Shown here: positions 48,444 to 60,304 of the stretch, piece after piece
Layout of the letters: each line of letters opens with the position of its first letter
Position numbering within the stretch: position 1 is the first letter of the stretch
Program-made: the position numbers and the translations under genes
Assembly: GCA_047495785.1 (NCBI GenBank)
Contig: JBLDXI010000030.1
Span: 558,001 to 622,000, forward strand
Direction of reading: 5' to 3'
Length of the DNA: 64,000 nt
Source of the DNA: Lepidodermella squamata
Lineage: Eukaryota; Animalia; Gastrotricha
The notes under the pieces: model-generated
Database searches by the model: none
What the model saw: only the letters and a program-made list of their open reading frames with translations
What the model was told of the DNA's origin: nothing

Positions 48444-49867
48444 ATGAATAAAGTGAGTAATACTTCCATGTGTGGAGCAAAAAAAAACACACATTCATTC
48501 AATATATAATTTTAACGGTTTTTCACTAATTTTAGTCTTCTTCGTGCGATTCCTTATCAACCAATGGCGAAAATGCAATATTCGACGACGACGACACGCC
48601 GAATTTGACGCTGATCGCACCGCACTTACCGGCTACTTGCATGGCCGCCAGCACGGCGAATGTTCATGTCGGCGGATGTCCCGCGCCGAATCGACGAATT
48701 TCGCTGTTCGCTGTAAATCATGCATCGAATTGTCGGGGCACATCGACCCGCTCCCCTACCAGGCTTCGTAACACCCCGGTTGTCATCCCCCTGCACCGTC
48801 TCGATAGGGCGACATCCCAGCTGAGAAATCGCTTCGTAAATATTCCGCTCAATTATTTTGTCGAATCGTCATCCTCATCGCCCTCTGATCCGAGTATTTC
48901 TGGCGGTTTCAGCCCTGACGTTCCCAGTTATGGCAGCGGTAGCGATGTTTCGAACGATTTAGTTTTTTTTACATCTAATTCGAGTTGTACATCGGCTAGT
49001 AAATCGGATGAATTTGAGCAGTTTTCGCCGCTTCCGTTGTCGACGTCTTCATCTCCATCGGTGCTTTCAACACCGTCATCATTAGACGTGGCCTTGAAAT
49101 ATTATGACGTATCAAATGAAACCGTCTGTTTTTCCTGCGAAAAAGCATCCGTCCAAACATTCGAATTCAACGTTTGCCATCATCAAATGTGTTCTGCTTG
49201 TCTCTTCACCGATATCGATTATTCGGCATTTTCATTCGACGTTCAAATTTGCCCGGCATATTATTGCCGCGGTATGCTTCCCCAGACAGTAACTCCTCTT
49301 CGCGACCACATTTATCCAAACGACTACTTCGAGGGGAGAGACTGTTTTCCGGCGACTAAATTCTGCGCAAATTGCAGCGCCGACGTTCCGCTCGCCCGTC
49401 GCAACAGGGCGATAGTACAGTGCCAGATTTGTGAGTCGGCGTATTGCGGCCACTGCAGCATATTCAAACTCAACCATGCGTTCGAAGTTGCCAATCGCCA
49501 ATTGCAACGATTCCCGGAAACAATTACCGCATCAGACATATGCAGGGTGACTAAACACGACGGTTGCGATTCAAGATTCGCCTGCAATGCCGACGTTGAA
49601 AACTCTGAGCCACACGTTACTTCTATCAGCAACAAACTTGTGTCCCGCATTATTTATGACCACGATGTTTTGCCATCAATTGAGGCCACTGTGCAGCTAA
49701 TCCATGCCCGTGGAGAAGATGTCCGCGAAATCGCGGAATCTGCTCGCCTTTTACCCGACAAAAAGGACAAATTCACCAGGCTGATGCGCGCTGCAGCTGT
49801 CGCCGACGTTCTCGGGTGCGCTTATTTACGACGCTATTACAGACTTATGGCGAAGGCGGTCTATTAA
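48444..49867 (+). CDS. RING + B-box (TRIM-like) putative E3 ligase; exons 48444-48452, 48536-49867
   Basis: ATG-AAT-AAA|GTGAGT...CACTAAT..TTAG| splices in frame to the 420 aa ORF. RING-like CFSC...CHHQMCSAC...CPAYYC; B-box-like FCANC...CQICESAYCGHC..H; helical C-terminus. Confidence 0.7.
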
Positions 49868-50078
49868 ATAAAAAAAATAAAATTAAAATAAAAATTAATT
49901 CTCATTTTTTCAATACTATTCACTAGTTCTCAGTGTGTGTCTGTTCTTATCTGATTTGTTGCTGTTACCATTTTTGATTATACTAGCATGGCTCGCAGTA
50001 AATGAATTGTATAAAGCTGCATTTTATTGTTCATGATTGCTCATTACTCGAATTTTTTGTTGTTGCGATAAATAAATA

Positions 50079-50666
50079 ATGACGGATCAAGAACTCATCG
50101 CGGACTTTTATGTGTCAAATATTGTTAGCAGTTTTTCGATAAAAACTAATTTGGATCTCAAGAAACTAGCCAGAACGTTGCATAACACGGAGTACCGAAA
50201 TAAAAATTTGAAAAGTGCGCTCGTTGTTCGGTTCAAAAAACCCCGAAAATTTACAGCTTTAATTTTTGGTTCTGGTAAAATTATTGTTACCGGTTCTCGC
50301 ACTGAGACAGAAGCCAGAGAAAATTCGCGCATTATTGCTCGAAAAATTCAAATTAAATGCGGATATTTATTAGCCAAATTTGCCGAATTCAAAATCATTA
50401 ACGCAGCAGTTCATGGGCGCCTACCTATTGCAACACCTTTGAACCCTCAGAATTTCGCGGTGATAATGCGTGAGATATGTCTTACAGCGCTATGGGATAT
50501 AAAATTCCCGGCCGGGTGTCGATTAGTGTTGCGTGAGTACCCAACGTTGAAAATCACCGTATACTACACGGGCGCGGCGATAATATGCGGATGGAAGCTG
50601 TGTATTACTCAACTCAATAACGCGCTAAACGCTGTGATAATGCGTGCACTACAAGCAACCGCTTAA
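50079..50666 (+). CDS. TATA-binding protein (TBP)-like, core domain only
   Basis: SNIVSSF..LDLKKLA..NTEY...ALVVRFKKPRKFTALIFGSGKIIVTGSRTE.EAR...R.IARKIQ is TBP repeat 1. A divergent second repeat follows (FKIIN...FPAG...TVYYTGAAIICG). Confidence 0.88.
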   Translation: MTDQELIADFYVSNIVSSFSIKTNLDLKKLARTLHNTEYRNKNLKSALVVRFKKPRKFTALIFGSGKIIVTGSRTETEARENSRIIARKIQIKCGYLLAKFAEFKIINAAVHGRLPIATPLNPQNFAVIMREICLTALWDIKFPAGCRLVLREYPTLKITVYYTGAAIICGWKLCITQLNNALNAVIMRALQATA

Positions 50667-51038
50667 CAAGTGAGCATGATCACGCTAAAACTGTAAAAGT
50701 ATATATTTCCTCACACCGATTTTATTGGACCCGAAAAAATGTAACCGCCACTTGAATTCTCAGCATCGCGGCGGGTGCAACCGTTACAGCGGCGAATTGC
50801 ACCCAACGCATACCTCGCGTGATGCGACAAAACTCCCCCGCCGCGGTCGCCTGTTTAATGAGGAAAGCGGCGGCGAGCCAGTATGACAGTTTTAAAGGCG
50901 GTGCCATCGCGCTATCTCCTACCGGCTACAACCGGAAAATCGCGGCTTGTCTAAAATACGATGCATTCACGCCAATATAAATACGCCCTAATTTGTCGAT
51001 TAGTCTCTCATCAGTCTACCTGGAGGCAACACCAGCAA

Positions 51039-51066
51039 CTCTCTCTCTCTCTCTCTCTCTCTCTCT
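51039..51066. repeat. (CT)n microsatellite upstream of the PC4-like ORF
   Basis: About 14 CT units. Confidence 0.9.
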
Positions 51067-51093
51067 TGCATCAGTACATACATCATCAATAGC

Positions 51094-51729
51094 ATGACTA
51101 GCTCTGTAGTAAACGATTTTTTCTTCAAAAACTCACCAGTTATCGAGGTCGAAACTGCCGGAGATGTAGTATCAGACTCTCAGCAAATTTCGCTAGATCC
51201 ATCGACTCTGGATGGCAAAAGTCGATTGTCCATTTTCTCCAGGTTTCGTCAACACGTCCCTGCAAAAGTTGCAAAAATGTCACATTTAGCAGCTAATTCA
51301 CTCGATGGCGAATCGTATGTTATGTTGGCACTCGTCGATGCAGACTGCGATGACCCACTCTACTGCTTGGGAGTTTTTAACAAATCGGAGGCTCCTAAGT
51401 CTTATTATTTACGCAAAGGCCTATATCTGTTCAAATCTGAACTGGTAGACATCCTTAAGGCCATTAAAGAAGCTAGGGTTAACTGGGTGTCCAGCGTGGT
51501 TGAAAAACTAGCTGCTGAGGAGTTGCCTCTTGGAAACTCGCCACCCTATCGAGTTTGTGGCAATTTGTACGCCAAAGTTTTCGCTTATCGCGGCAAACTT
51601 GGGCTTTGCAAACTAGTCGACCTCAGGATTCACAAACAGGACAATACTGCAACGGTGGATGGCATCGCGCTTAAGGAGGACGAGTTTCAAAAGTTACCCG
51701 CGGCTATCGAGACTATCCTTGCAGACTAG
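51094..51729 (+). CDS. PC4-like ssDNA-binding/coactivator protein (possibly two PC4-type repeats)
   Basis: C-terminal AKVFAYRG...LVDLRIHK...ATVDGIALKEDEFQKL resembles the PC4 pattern (V..FKG..LIDIR....PTKKGISL...QW..L). An earlier RKGLYLFKSEL segment may be a second copy. Confidence 0.6.
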   Translation: MTSSVVNDFFFKNSPVIEVETAGDVVSDSQQISLDPSTLDGKSRLSIFSRFRQHVPAKVAKMSHLAANSLDGESYVMLALVDADCDDPLYCLGVFNKSEAPKSYYLRKGLYLFKSELVDILKAIKEARVNWVSSVVEKLAAEELPLGNSPPYRVCGNLYAKVFAYRGKLGLCKLVDLRIHKQDNTATVDGIALKEDEFQKLPAAIETILAD

Positions 51730-51866
51730 TTCTTGATAATTAAAACTACCTTAAAAAAAAAACTGTTTCTTGCATTAAAATTGTAAATATTGTACATAAT
51801 CATGCATTGTTTTTTTTGTGTTATTTTAGGCTTTATAAAATCTTAAAAATCATCAAATTAAATTAA

Positions 51867-52127
51867 ATGGCCGACCTTAGCTCGTATTCCGGCGCATTCA
51901 AGCAGCACATTCAGCAAGCCCTGGAGCTGACGCGTTCGTGCTCAGATGACGATGAGTCTCAATACAAGCGCTACCAGCGTGCTGCTAGCGAGGTGTTGCG
52001 TCTCGAAAACGGCATGGTTGAAAAGGTACGCCAGCTTGCTCTCGCCCTTCAGCCGTCGAACGCTGTCGCCCGCCTGATCAAGGCCGCCATTCTCAATCTC
52101 GTCGACCCAGAAATCGATCAAGCGTAA
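51867..52127 (+). CDS. Small helical hypothetical protein
   Basis: 86 aa GC-richer ORF flanked by AT-rich spacers. Confidence 0.5.
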   Translation: MADLSSYSGAFKQHIQQALELTRSCSDDDESQYKRYQRAASEVLRLENGMVEKVRQLALALQPSNAVARLIKAAILNLVDPEIDQA

Positions 52128-52338
52128 CATAACCAATCTGTATCTGTAAAATATGCAAAAATGGTCCATTTTTAATTGTAACAAATTAAGGAGTAAAATT
52201 ATTGGTCTGTTATTTTTTTGTGTCGTGTTGTTTATCACACACATACCGCTAAATAGCTAATTGGTGGAGGGACAGACAAATTTATATGCCAAAATTCCAT
52301 CTAAAAAAATCTATCTCGTTGTTCTAGATGATTTGTTT

Positions 52339-55300
52339 ATGGAATTGAAAAAAACTAGTCAGCTAGAACTCTCGAGAAAATTCAATTTGGGTATCACAAC
52401 TTACGTATTTCGCGAAAATGAAGCATCAAATTCAATCACCACCCCCCAAAATCAGTCAGGCGAAGGCCGCCCCGCAAAACGTCGTCGTCGAGTCTCCGTC
52501 GCCACCACCACCACCTCCAACCCCTCAATCATCAAAACAGCGCCGAAAAATTCAACCACCCAAAAAAAAGGTGATAACATCCTCCAATCCGACACCCAGG
52601 GTTCCCAAGTTTCCGATAGTTCCGAAATCTCAGTCGACCCCCATACCCAATCACCCAATCAGTCAGCTGTTAGCCCAGTCAATACCACAGATAAGGGTGT
52701 ACAAGGTTCAACAACTAAGCGAGCAACCGTCGACATCGTCGACCAATTCAAAGAGCTTTACGCTAGTTATCTACAAATATCAGCAGCCATAACTCGGGAC
52801 TTCCAACCACGGGACTATGTTAGACTCATTATTTGCAACGATAGCCTACTTCAAACCCCAATTTGTACAAAATATCTGAAAGTTGAGAATTTTACTGTTG
52901 ATGAGGTGGTATCGCAAACGTCAAAAGTTCTCAATTCGAAACAGGCCCTCTCTCATAAGTGAGTTCCTTCAGCAGTTATAAAAAAAATTGCCTCCTTAAA
53001 ATCTTAACATTTGTTTTCTATTACCCTTAAGTCCCAACGATTGGAAGATTTATGTGAAACACGTTAAGGTGGGCGAAGGAGTTAAAGGGGCAGCATCCCG
53101 AGCAAAAATAGGAGAAAAAATCACATCATTTCTCGCGCGCTTAACCTCCATCCTATTGATTTACACCGACGCGTCTTTGCCGGACAATAACTACTGCTTG
53201 TTCAGGTCGGTTGTCGTTGGGAAAGGGGCTAGGGATTTCGAAGCCGGCCGCATTTCAACACACTCGTGGGATCTACTGAGGTATAACGCTCGCCATCAAA
53301 CTATTAGAGCTAAGCAGCTAATGAATTCTGCCAAAATTCCATTAAATAAACAACGATACGACGTAGACGATTTAGACCTAATCTACCCAGTCCTGAGAGC
53401 TGAGAATCCTAATTATCAGCTCGTAGTTTTCAACATATCCAATAAAGCCCTCGTGAAATGTTTACCTCATTCGTTACCCCACTGTCATCAGTCCGAGATC
53501 GAACGAATATTCATTCTCTACATCCCTCCCGAAGAAATGGTGTCGAGTGATCTTACCTCAATTGGTCATTTTTGCGCTGCCAAGTCGATCGGTGCAGTGA
53601 TTCCGGATTTTTGCCTGGTGTGTCTGAAACAGGTCCGTAGTTTGAGGCGGCATAAGTGTCGTACTTCCGACCAACGACAGTGCCATCGATGCTTCATGTA
53701 CAACAACCCGTCGTGCTTCGTTGCATCGTCCCCATCGACGTATCAGTATTGCGCTTCTTGTTTTCGGGCCTTCGCATCAGCTGAGTGTTATGATCGCCAT
53801 CTGCAAATACAAAAATTTACAAAAACAATCACAACGACTGCGTGTGAGCGATATGCTTACTGTTCGGAATGTCGAGGCACGGTATTAAGGGGGCGGTTAA
53901 CAAAACATAAGCATCGAAAACCCTCATGCCCACACTGCGGAGTGGTACTCAGCACATGGCCAGTTAGTGAGAAAGATGCTGATCCTGAAGAAATAGAACA
54001 TGTAACAACTAGAAACGACCACGTGTGTTGCCTGCCCGTGTTTAAGCCCAAGGTTTATGGTTCGAAATCTGACACTAAGAATAGGTATTTTAACTTGACC
54101 GACTGGCCAATCACTATTTGCGCCGATATCGAAACGGTGAAAGAATCCAATTCGATTCTCTCGCCTGTACTCGTGTGCGCAAAAATTCACTGCGAATTAT
54201 GTCGAGAATTTTCTTCGAGCCAAATTTGCGATTTTTGTGCCCCCTCTGACCACGTTTTTATCACACAAGACCCCGCATGGCAGTGCAAAAATGAGCCAGT
54301 CAAAAATTTCTTGCAATTCATTTTCAAACTTTGTGAGGAAAAGAACAAAAAAATCTTGGTCTTTTTCCACAATTTGCGAGGTAAATTTAAAAAAAAAACA
54401 CCACCACCAGTACTATAAATTTTCCAATAATTAATCAAAAGGTTTCGATGGATTCTTCGTGCTACAAGCTCTTCATGATTTGAAAATTCGAATCAAGACA
54501 GTGGAAAATAACGGGCTTCTTACTTGCATCGAAGTGAAGAAAAAAATCAAGTTTCTTGATAGCCTGAATTTCATGCAACAAAAATTGTCCTCGCTACCTA
54601 GCATGTTTGGCTACTCGGAAACTAAAACCATTTTCCCCATCGAGTGGCTAACTCCCGAGCATTTTGATCGCAATTGTCAAGGCGCGATTCCCCCCTTAGA
54701 CGCATTTACACCACGTCAACGCTCGGAAGATATGGCACTTATCAAGCAATGCCAAGCTAGAGGATTGTATTATAAGGAGGATCTAACAGCATATTGTTTG
54801 AACGATTGCGAGGTGAGCATGCGAAAAAATAGCTATATGATTTTATATTATTGCTGGTTTTTTTATGCTCAAAGGTTCTAAAGAAAGCTGTTATCGCATT
54901 TCAATCTATGATTCGAAACCTCACAACTTGTGATCGCTTTCCTACCGGATGGGACCCGTACGAAAATAGCATGACAATTTCGTCCCTAAGGTAATATCCT
55001 AGTTCATCACCACCTCTCCTAACACCAATTGGACCCATTTTCAGCCAAAATATCTACCGATCAGTATTCATGACCCCATCCAGTATTACCCTTATACCAG
55101 AAAAAGGATTCAACAGCAATAACAACCAAACAAGTGACTTGGCAGATATGTTCCTTACCTGGTTAAGTGTCCGGGATCAGTTGTACTTGCAAACAGCTTT
55201 CAACATCGGCGAAAAACGCATCTTCATCCCAGAATTGAACAAATACGTCCGCGTCGATGGCTACCAGGACCGGTCGGAATTAAATCAACCTGATCTAGTT

Positions 55301-57241
55301 GTTGAGGTTTGCCCATTGGCAATCTCTTGCACTGTTTTAATCGCCTTTTTCCGTTTCATTTTCATGTTCACTCGAAGATATGCGGCTGCTTCTATCATTC
55401 GTAAGCACAACAAAATTTTGAAATTTTTTATTAAAAATTATGTTTCATTTACCAAGGTGTGACCAGTGCTTTGCTGTACATCATCAGCATGGATCGCTCC
55501 ATCCTATTGCACGAGTCTCGCATCAAACCGTGTTCAACAGCACCATTCGCAGGCTAGACGCCATTAAGAACGCCGGCTACAACGTGGTTGTTTACTGGGA
55601 ACATGAAATTAAACAGCTGGAAAGGACGGATCTGGCTTTTCGAGCTTTTGCCGAAAATTGGCGAAGTAATCGCGACGACTCAGTGACTCCATTGAAACCG
55701 AGAGACGCCCTGTTTGGAGGTAATGAAAAAAATTGCATAATTATTAAAATGTGATTATTGAAATATTCCGTATATTAGGGAGGGTGGAAGTATTTGCAGG
55801 TCACATCAGGTCGACTGAGACATCGAAAATATGGCACTACGACGTTGTTAGGTGAAATAGTACAAAAAATTACTTCAATTATTATTTGTATTTTTTTTCT
55901 AGCATGTATCCGTACATTCAATTCTCTCACAATTTCGGCGTTGGGCCAGTGTGTAAGAAGTCTTTGCAGTTGCGCGGAAATGACGCGGCTATTCGCAGCT
56001 ACATTCTCAGTGCTGAGAATTTCGGGCGATGTTATGGACTTATTAAAGTTAAAATAGCCGGCCCCTGGCCATCTATGACTCCCAAGTGTCTACCTCCAGT
56101 TCTTCCGATTAGAATAAAAAAGCGTACTTACTATGCTTTATGTGCGAAATGTGCTGAGATACACGAGCAAAATCAATGTGAGCACAAACAACCCATAGAT
56201 CGCGCGTGGACGGGGACATATACGTTAGCTGAAATTTACACTGCGTTAGAGGAAGGGTACCACTTGATAGAAGCGTATGAACTCTGGGTTTGGCCAGATA
56301 CTAGTAACAACCTATTTCGGCCGTTTATCGCTAAATTAATGGCGTTAAAAATAGAGGCTTCGCCATTTGAGCACGCGGATGACAAAGAAATGCGCGAAAA
56401 CTTTGCCAAACAATGTCGCGACCAGCAGAACCTAGAGATTAACCCAGATAAACTGACAAAATCAGGCACGCCTGCGATGAGATCGACAGTGAAACAAGCG
56501 CTAAATAGTAATTGGGGTAAACTTGCGCAACGGGCATCATGCGAGCGAGTAATATACGCTGATACTAGGAAAGATCTACTCGATATATGGGCAGACCCTG
56601 AAAAAACCATTATTGACTTGCAACCGATAGGTCGCAATGACGCGAGTCAGAGAGTAAGGATTGTATACGAAACTAGTGACGAATACGTTACAACGCTAAA
56701 AACCACAAATCTAGTTCTCGCCGCGCATATAACTGCATATGGGCGCCTTTATCTGTTCAAATCGATGAAAGCGTTGATAGCAGCAGGGGCAAAGCTAGTC
56801 TATTGCGATACTGACTCGATTGTTTTTGCCGCCGCAAATGATGATTCTGAGTGGCGCGAAGCTATAAAAGTTGGAAATATGTTAGGCGAATGGTCGAATG
56901 AATGTGGGGACGAAAGTACGTTCATCGACGAATTCATCAGCCTAGGGTGCAAACTGTACAGCGCAAAACTATCATCAGGGGTTGTAAAGCTGCGGGCAAA
57001 AGGAATATCACGAAATTTGAAATACTCACCTGACGATGTGTGTTCATTTGAAAACATGAAACACCTATTGACCAACCATTTTAGCGACGCGAAGAAATTA
57101 CCAGTTCCGCAGACCACCATGAAGCGGATGAGGGCACCAGTAGCAGGGATTAGGGTAGATGAAGGAATGAAGTGCATAGGTATCACTCTAAATAAGCGGC
57201 GATTTAACGCAAGCGACTTGTCGACATCGGACCCTTACTAG
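52339..57241 (+). CDS. Protein-primed family B DNA polymerase (pPolB), 9 exons, 1471 aa, with OTU-like and VSR-like accessory domains
   Basis: Exons 52339-52958, 53032-54380, 54442-54812, 54875-54990, 55045-55306, 55378-55400, 55457-55719, 55779-55851, 55903-57241 total 4416 nt (1472 codons, in frame). Motifs: ADIET (ExoI), HNLRG|FDG (ExoII), YCLNDCE|VL (ExoIII), E|ICGCFYHS|C, LFG|GRVE, YDVVS|MYP (motif A), KQALNSNWGK (motif B), YCDTDS (motif C). Confidence 0.93.
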
Positions 57242-57302
57242 CTCTCTCTCCCTCTCTCTCTCTCCCCTCCCATTCTCTCCCTCCCATTCTCTCCCTCCCT
57301 CT
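57242..57302. repeat. CT-rich low-complexity tract directly after the pPolB stop
   Basis: ctctctctcc... with repeated CCCATTCTCTCCCT units, followed by AATAAA at ~57316. Confidence 0.8.
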
Positions 57303-57428
57303 GTGTGTAAATAACAATAAAAATTTGAAAAAATCCAACTACATCAGTGTAATTTTTATATACCCTTAGAAATATTGCCGAATTGTTATTACGCTGCTCA
57401 TCGTATCGCAAACATCAAAGCCATCATC

Positions 57429-57983
57429 ATGGACCGAGACCTCACAGAATATGACCAGATTATAACCCCGAGCCTTACCCTACAGGTAACAAGACTGAAC
57501 ACATACATCTGCTCGCGATATCTCACGTTCACAATGTCATCCCGCCATTTTCTTGATGAATTCGCCCCGGCTTTGCTGCGCTCGGCAGCAAATTTTGTGC
57601 ATGCTGCCGCGGCGGATGTCAGCGACGTGGACTCGAGCATCTATCGGCCGGAGTTACTATATGGGTACCAGCCAACCGTCTACACAGTGCTAGGCCCGCA
57701 CTGTGTAGCACGCGACTACTACATATCGCTGACCAAACAACCAAACTCGCCAGCAATGACTGTAGTGATAAATCAGCTGAAGTATGCCTTCGACAAGTCT
57801 TTGCACTACCACTTCCTCGAATCGGTCCACAATGAGATCACCATCGGATATGAATCCGAATTCAAACTCCTGGTCGATGCTGTGGAGTACGTGATGGTCA
57901 ATGAGGAGTTGAGACGCTGTATGTCGCAGCTTAGGGACAACGACCACGATGAGGAGGAAGAAGAGGAGGACGACGAATACTAA
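57429..57983 (+). CDS. Hypothetical element protein with acidic C-terminal tail
   Basis: ORF ending in DNDHDEEEEEEDDEY; no family recognised. Confidence 0.6.
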   Translation: MDRDLTEYDQIITPSLTLQVTRLNTYICSRYLTFTMSSRHFLDEFAPALLRSAANFVHAAAADVSDVDSSIYRPELLYGYQPTVYTVLGPHCVARDYYISLTKQPNSPAMTVVINQLKYAFDKSLHYHFLESVHNEITIGYESEFKLLVDAVEYVMVNEELRRCMSQLRDNDHDEEEEEEDDEY

Positions 57984-58319
57984 TCTGTGATATCGGTGTA
58001 ATGATCTACCCTCCCTCGCAAGTCACCTACTGGTATTTATGTACATCTTACCTATAATTGTCATGTATCATTGCAGTGCTGTATAAACTACTTATATCCA
58101 ACTACCAATCTATATATCTGTTCTTTTTCTACATAACGAAAAAAAATCGCAACTAAAAATAAATATTAATCGCCATCTTGATTAATAATCGCCACGTTAT
58201 CCCAGTTTCGTTTTTTTTTTATCTACAAAAATTATATACCCACCAATAAACAGTATAGCATTGTAATTAATAATAATTTTTGTAATTTTTAGACTTGCTT
58301 ATTTCTAATTTCTAATTCT

Positions 58320-59294
58320 ATGGCGCTACCAACAATCACGCGGACCGTTTTCACCCCCGCCCTGGTTCGACGCGACATCTGCAACAACGTGACGCTAGCC
58401 TTCGCCCACTGCGTAGAACAAAACCTGAAAGGTGTCATGTTGATGACAAATGGTGTGACTGCGGATCCTCATTACACCGAAGTCGTCGACAGCGAGGACG
58501 AAGGGTTGGTTGGCGACTCCCAAACGCATCTATCGCACGAAATTACTCCCAATGACGCGAGAGTCTATGCCGACAAGACCTCTCGGCACGTCATTGCGGA
58601 GTATGACTGCCAATATACCATCATATTGTCGCATCTCAATTTCCTCTACAGCGAGTGTCAGCCTGAGTGGTCTAATAACCAGGGCGGTGGGGCGGAACCA
58701 GATGTCACTTATTTCGGCGGAACCCCCACTTTCGACTATGTCATGTGGCTGACCTTGAAATACATTCGTGATGGGTGCATGAATCGACTGGGTATCGCGA
58801 ACGCGCCTACAACCTTTCCGTGTTCTCAGACGACCTATCTGTCGTATGAAAATCGCCCAGTAGAAGAGTCAGAGACTGACTACGGCGTAGCTTCTGCGCT
58901 ATTTGACCGACTTGCAGGGGCAACGGTTGCTACCCTGCGACTTGAAGACGTACGAGTGGTTGGCAAGTACCTTTTGAACGGTACTGTTGTACGCGTGCAC
59001 GTTTCATATGTAGAAATGGGGCGGAGATATCTATTAAGCGAGAAGGTCACAGGGGTAGCCTTAAACGAGTTAGTAGCATCGGTGGGCAGTGTGCTCTACG
59101 TGTCGACCACGGGGGTGATGCCAACCGTATCCCTGCGACGTATTGTTTCGGCCCTTCGAGTTTGGGCTGACCCAATGCGTGTCTACTCAACGGAGGAAAC
59201 CAGACAACTCTATTCTAACGAGTTAGGAGCCATCATGGACCGCATTCTGCTAGCAATGTTACATCTGGCTACCGTTGAACCAATGGACACATAA
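58320..59294 (+). CDS. Hypothetical 324 aa element protein
   Basis: ATG-initiated long ORF after an AT-rich spacer; no family recognised. Confidence 0.7.
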   Translation: MALPTITRTVFTPALVRRDICNNVTLAFAHCVEQNLKGVMLMTNGVTADPHYTEVVDSEDEGLVGDSQTHLSHEITPNDARVYADKTSRHVIAEYDCQYTIILSHLNFLYSECQPEWSNNQGGGAEPDVTYFGGTPTFDYVMWLTLKYIRDGCMNRLGIANAPTTFPCSQTTYLSYENRPVEESETDYGVASALFDRLAGATVATLRLEDVRVVGKYLLNGTVVRVHVSYVEMGRRYLLSEKVTGVALNELVASVGSVLYVSTTGVMPTVSLRRIVSALRVWADPMRVYSTEETRQLYSNELGAIMDRILLAMLHLATVEPMDT

Positions 59295-59914
59295 TAGTAA
59301 GATTAGGATAACTTTCTAGTTGGTAGTCTACTACTGAGTCACAAGAACATAACTGCCAGCCAGCCACGCCGATATATAGAACTACTACTACTACTTTCTA
59401 AGGGTTTGTCTTCGCGTGCCACACACACACGCCAATACACACAAACCAATAATTAACATACTTACCTCGTTAATTATCCGCTTTTGAGCCCGCGTTGGGT
59501 GCGTGTGTGAGTTTTTCGCCACCAATCCACCAAATTCCTTGATTTTCTCTGTGTGTTGAAGTACCGTCACGTGTATTAATTAGGAGCTCGTACACACGTT
59601 GCGATTTGTATTGTTATTGATCCGCTATCGTCGTCGTCGTCGTCGTCGTCGTAATCGTCCCACCTTTGCTTTTCGTGGTTGCGGACTGCAGTGTTCTTCA
59701 CTGCACACTCAGGGGGCGCATGCACGCATCGGCGCCTTCTCGATCGTAACAACTCGGAGGTAAATACTAGGGCTACCACTGCTGCACCTGGTGCTCCATC
59801 TATGATTGGCTAATTGCTTGCGTGCAACGTGTACAAACATTCCGGCTTTTTTTCTCCTCATCTTCGTCTTCATCCTTCATTCATTTGAAGTCGTCACATC
59901 GTCATCATAAATCG

Positions 59915-59989
59915 ATGCTTCTTAATCCAGCTGTGTGCATAACTTCGTCGCTGTCGGTCGTAGCAGGTGAGCCATCGGGGGGTCGCCCC

Positions 59990-60024
<35 letters not shown>

Positions 60025-60304
60025 AGACCGTCCGCCCGCTGCATATCCGGTATCGTCTGTAAATAATAATAATAATAATAATAATAATGGTCATCAGCCA
60101 ATTGGTGTGCTGTTGCATCAATCACATACCAGTAGTAGTAGTATTAATAGCAGCGTCGTCGTCGGTAGTTCCAATATTAACAGTAACACCAGTGTTAGTA
60201 CTCACTACTGCGTGTTTCAAATTTGCACATATACCATAGTTGTGTTCATAACTATCGCAAGTCTAATATATGTAATCTATGAAATGATCGAATCATTGAT
60301 ATAA
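59915..60304 (+). CDS. Low-complexity (poly-Pro, poly-Asn) protein with C-terminal hydrophobic helix
   Basis: MLLNPAV...P12...N9...; (CCG)n and (AAT)n repeats are in frame; ends IVVFITIASLIYVIYEMIESLI. Confidence 0.4.

Noticed and set aside
52261-57241. pPolB as a frameshifted pseudogene
   Set aside because: Every break is bounded by GT...AG with host-sized AT-rich introns, and splicing restores the frame and all catalytic motifs.
59458-59470. ATACTTACCT resembling the U1 snRNA 5' end
   Set aside because: The following sequence does not match the U1 stem-loops or Sm site; more likely a minus-strand splice donor or chance match.
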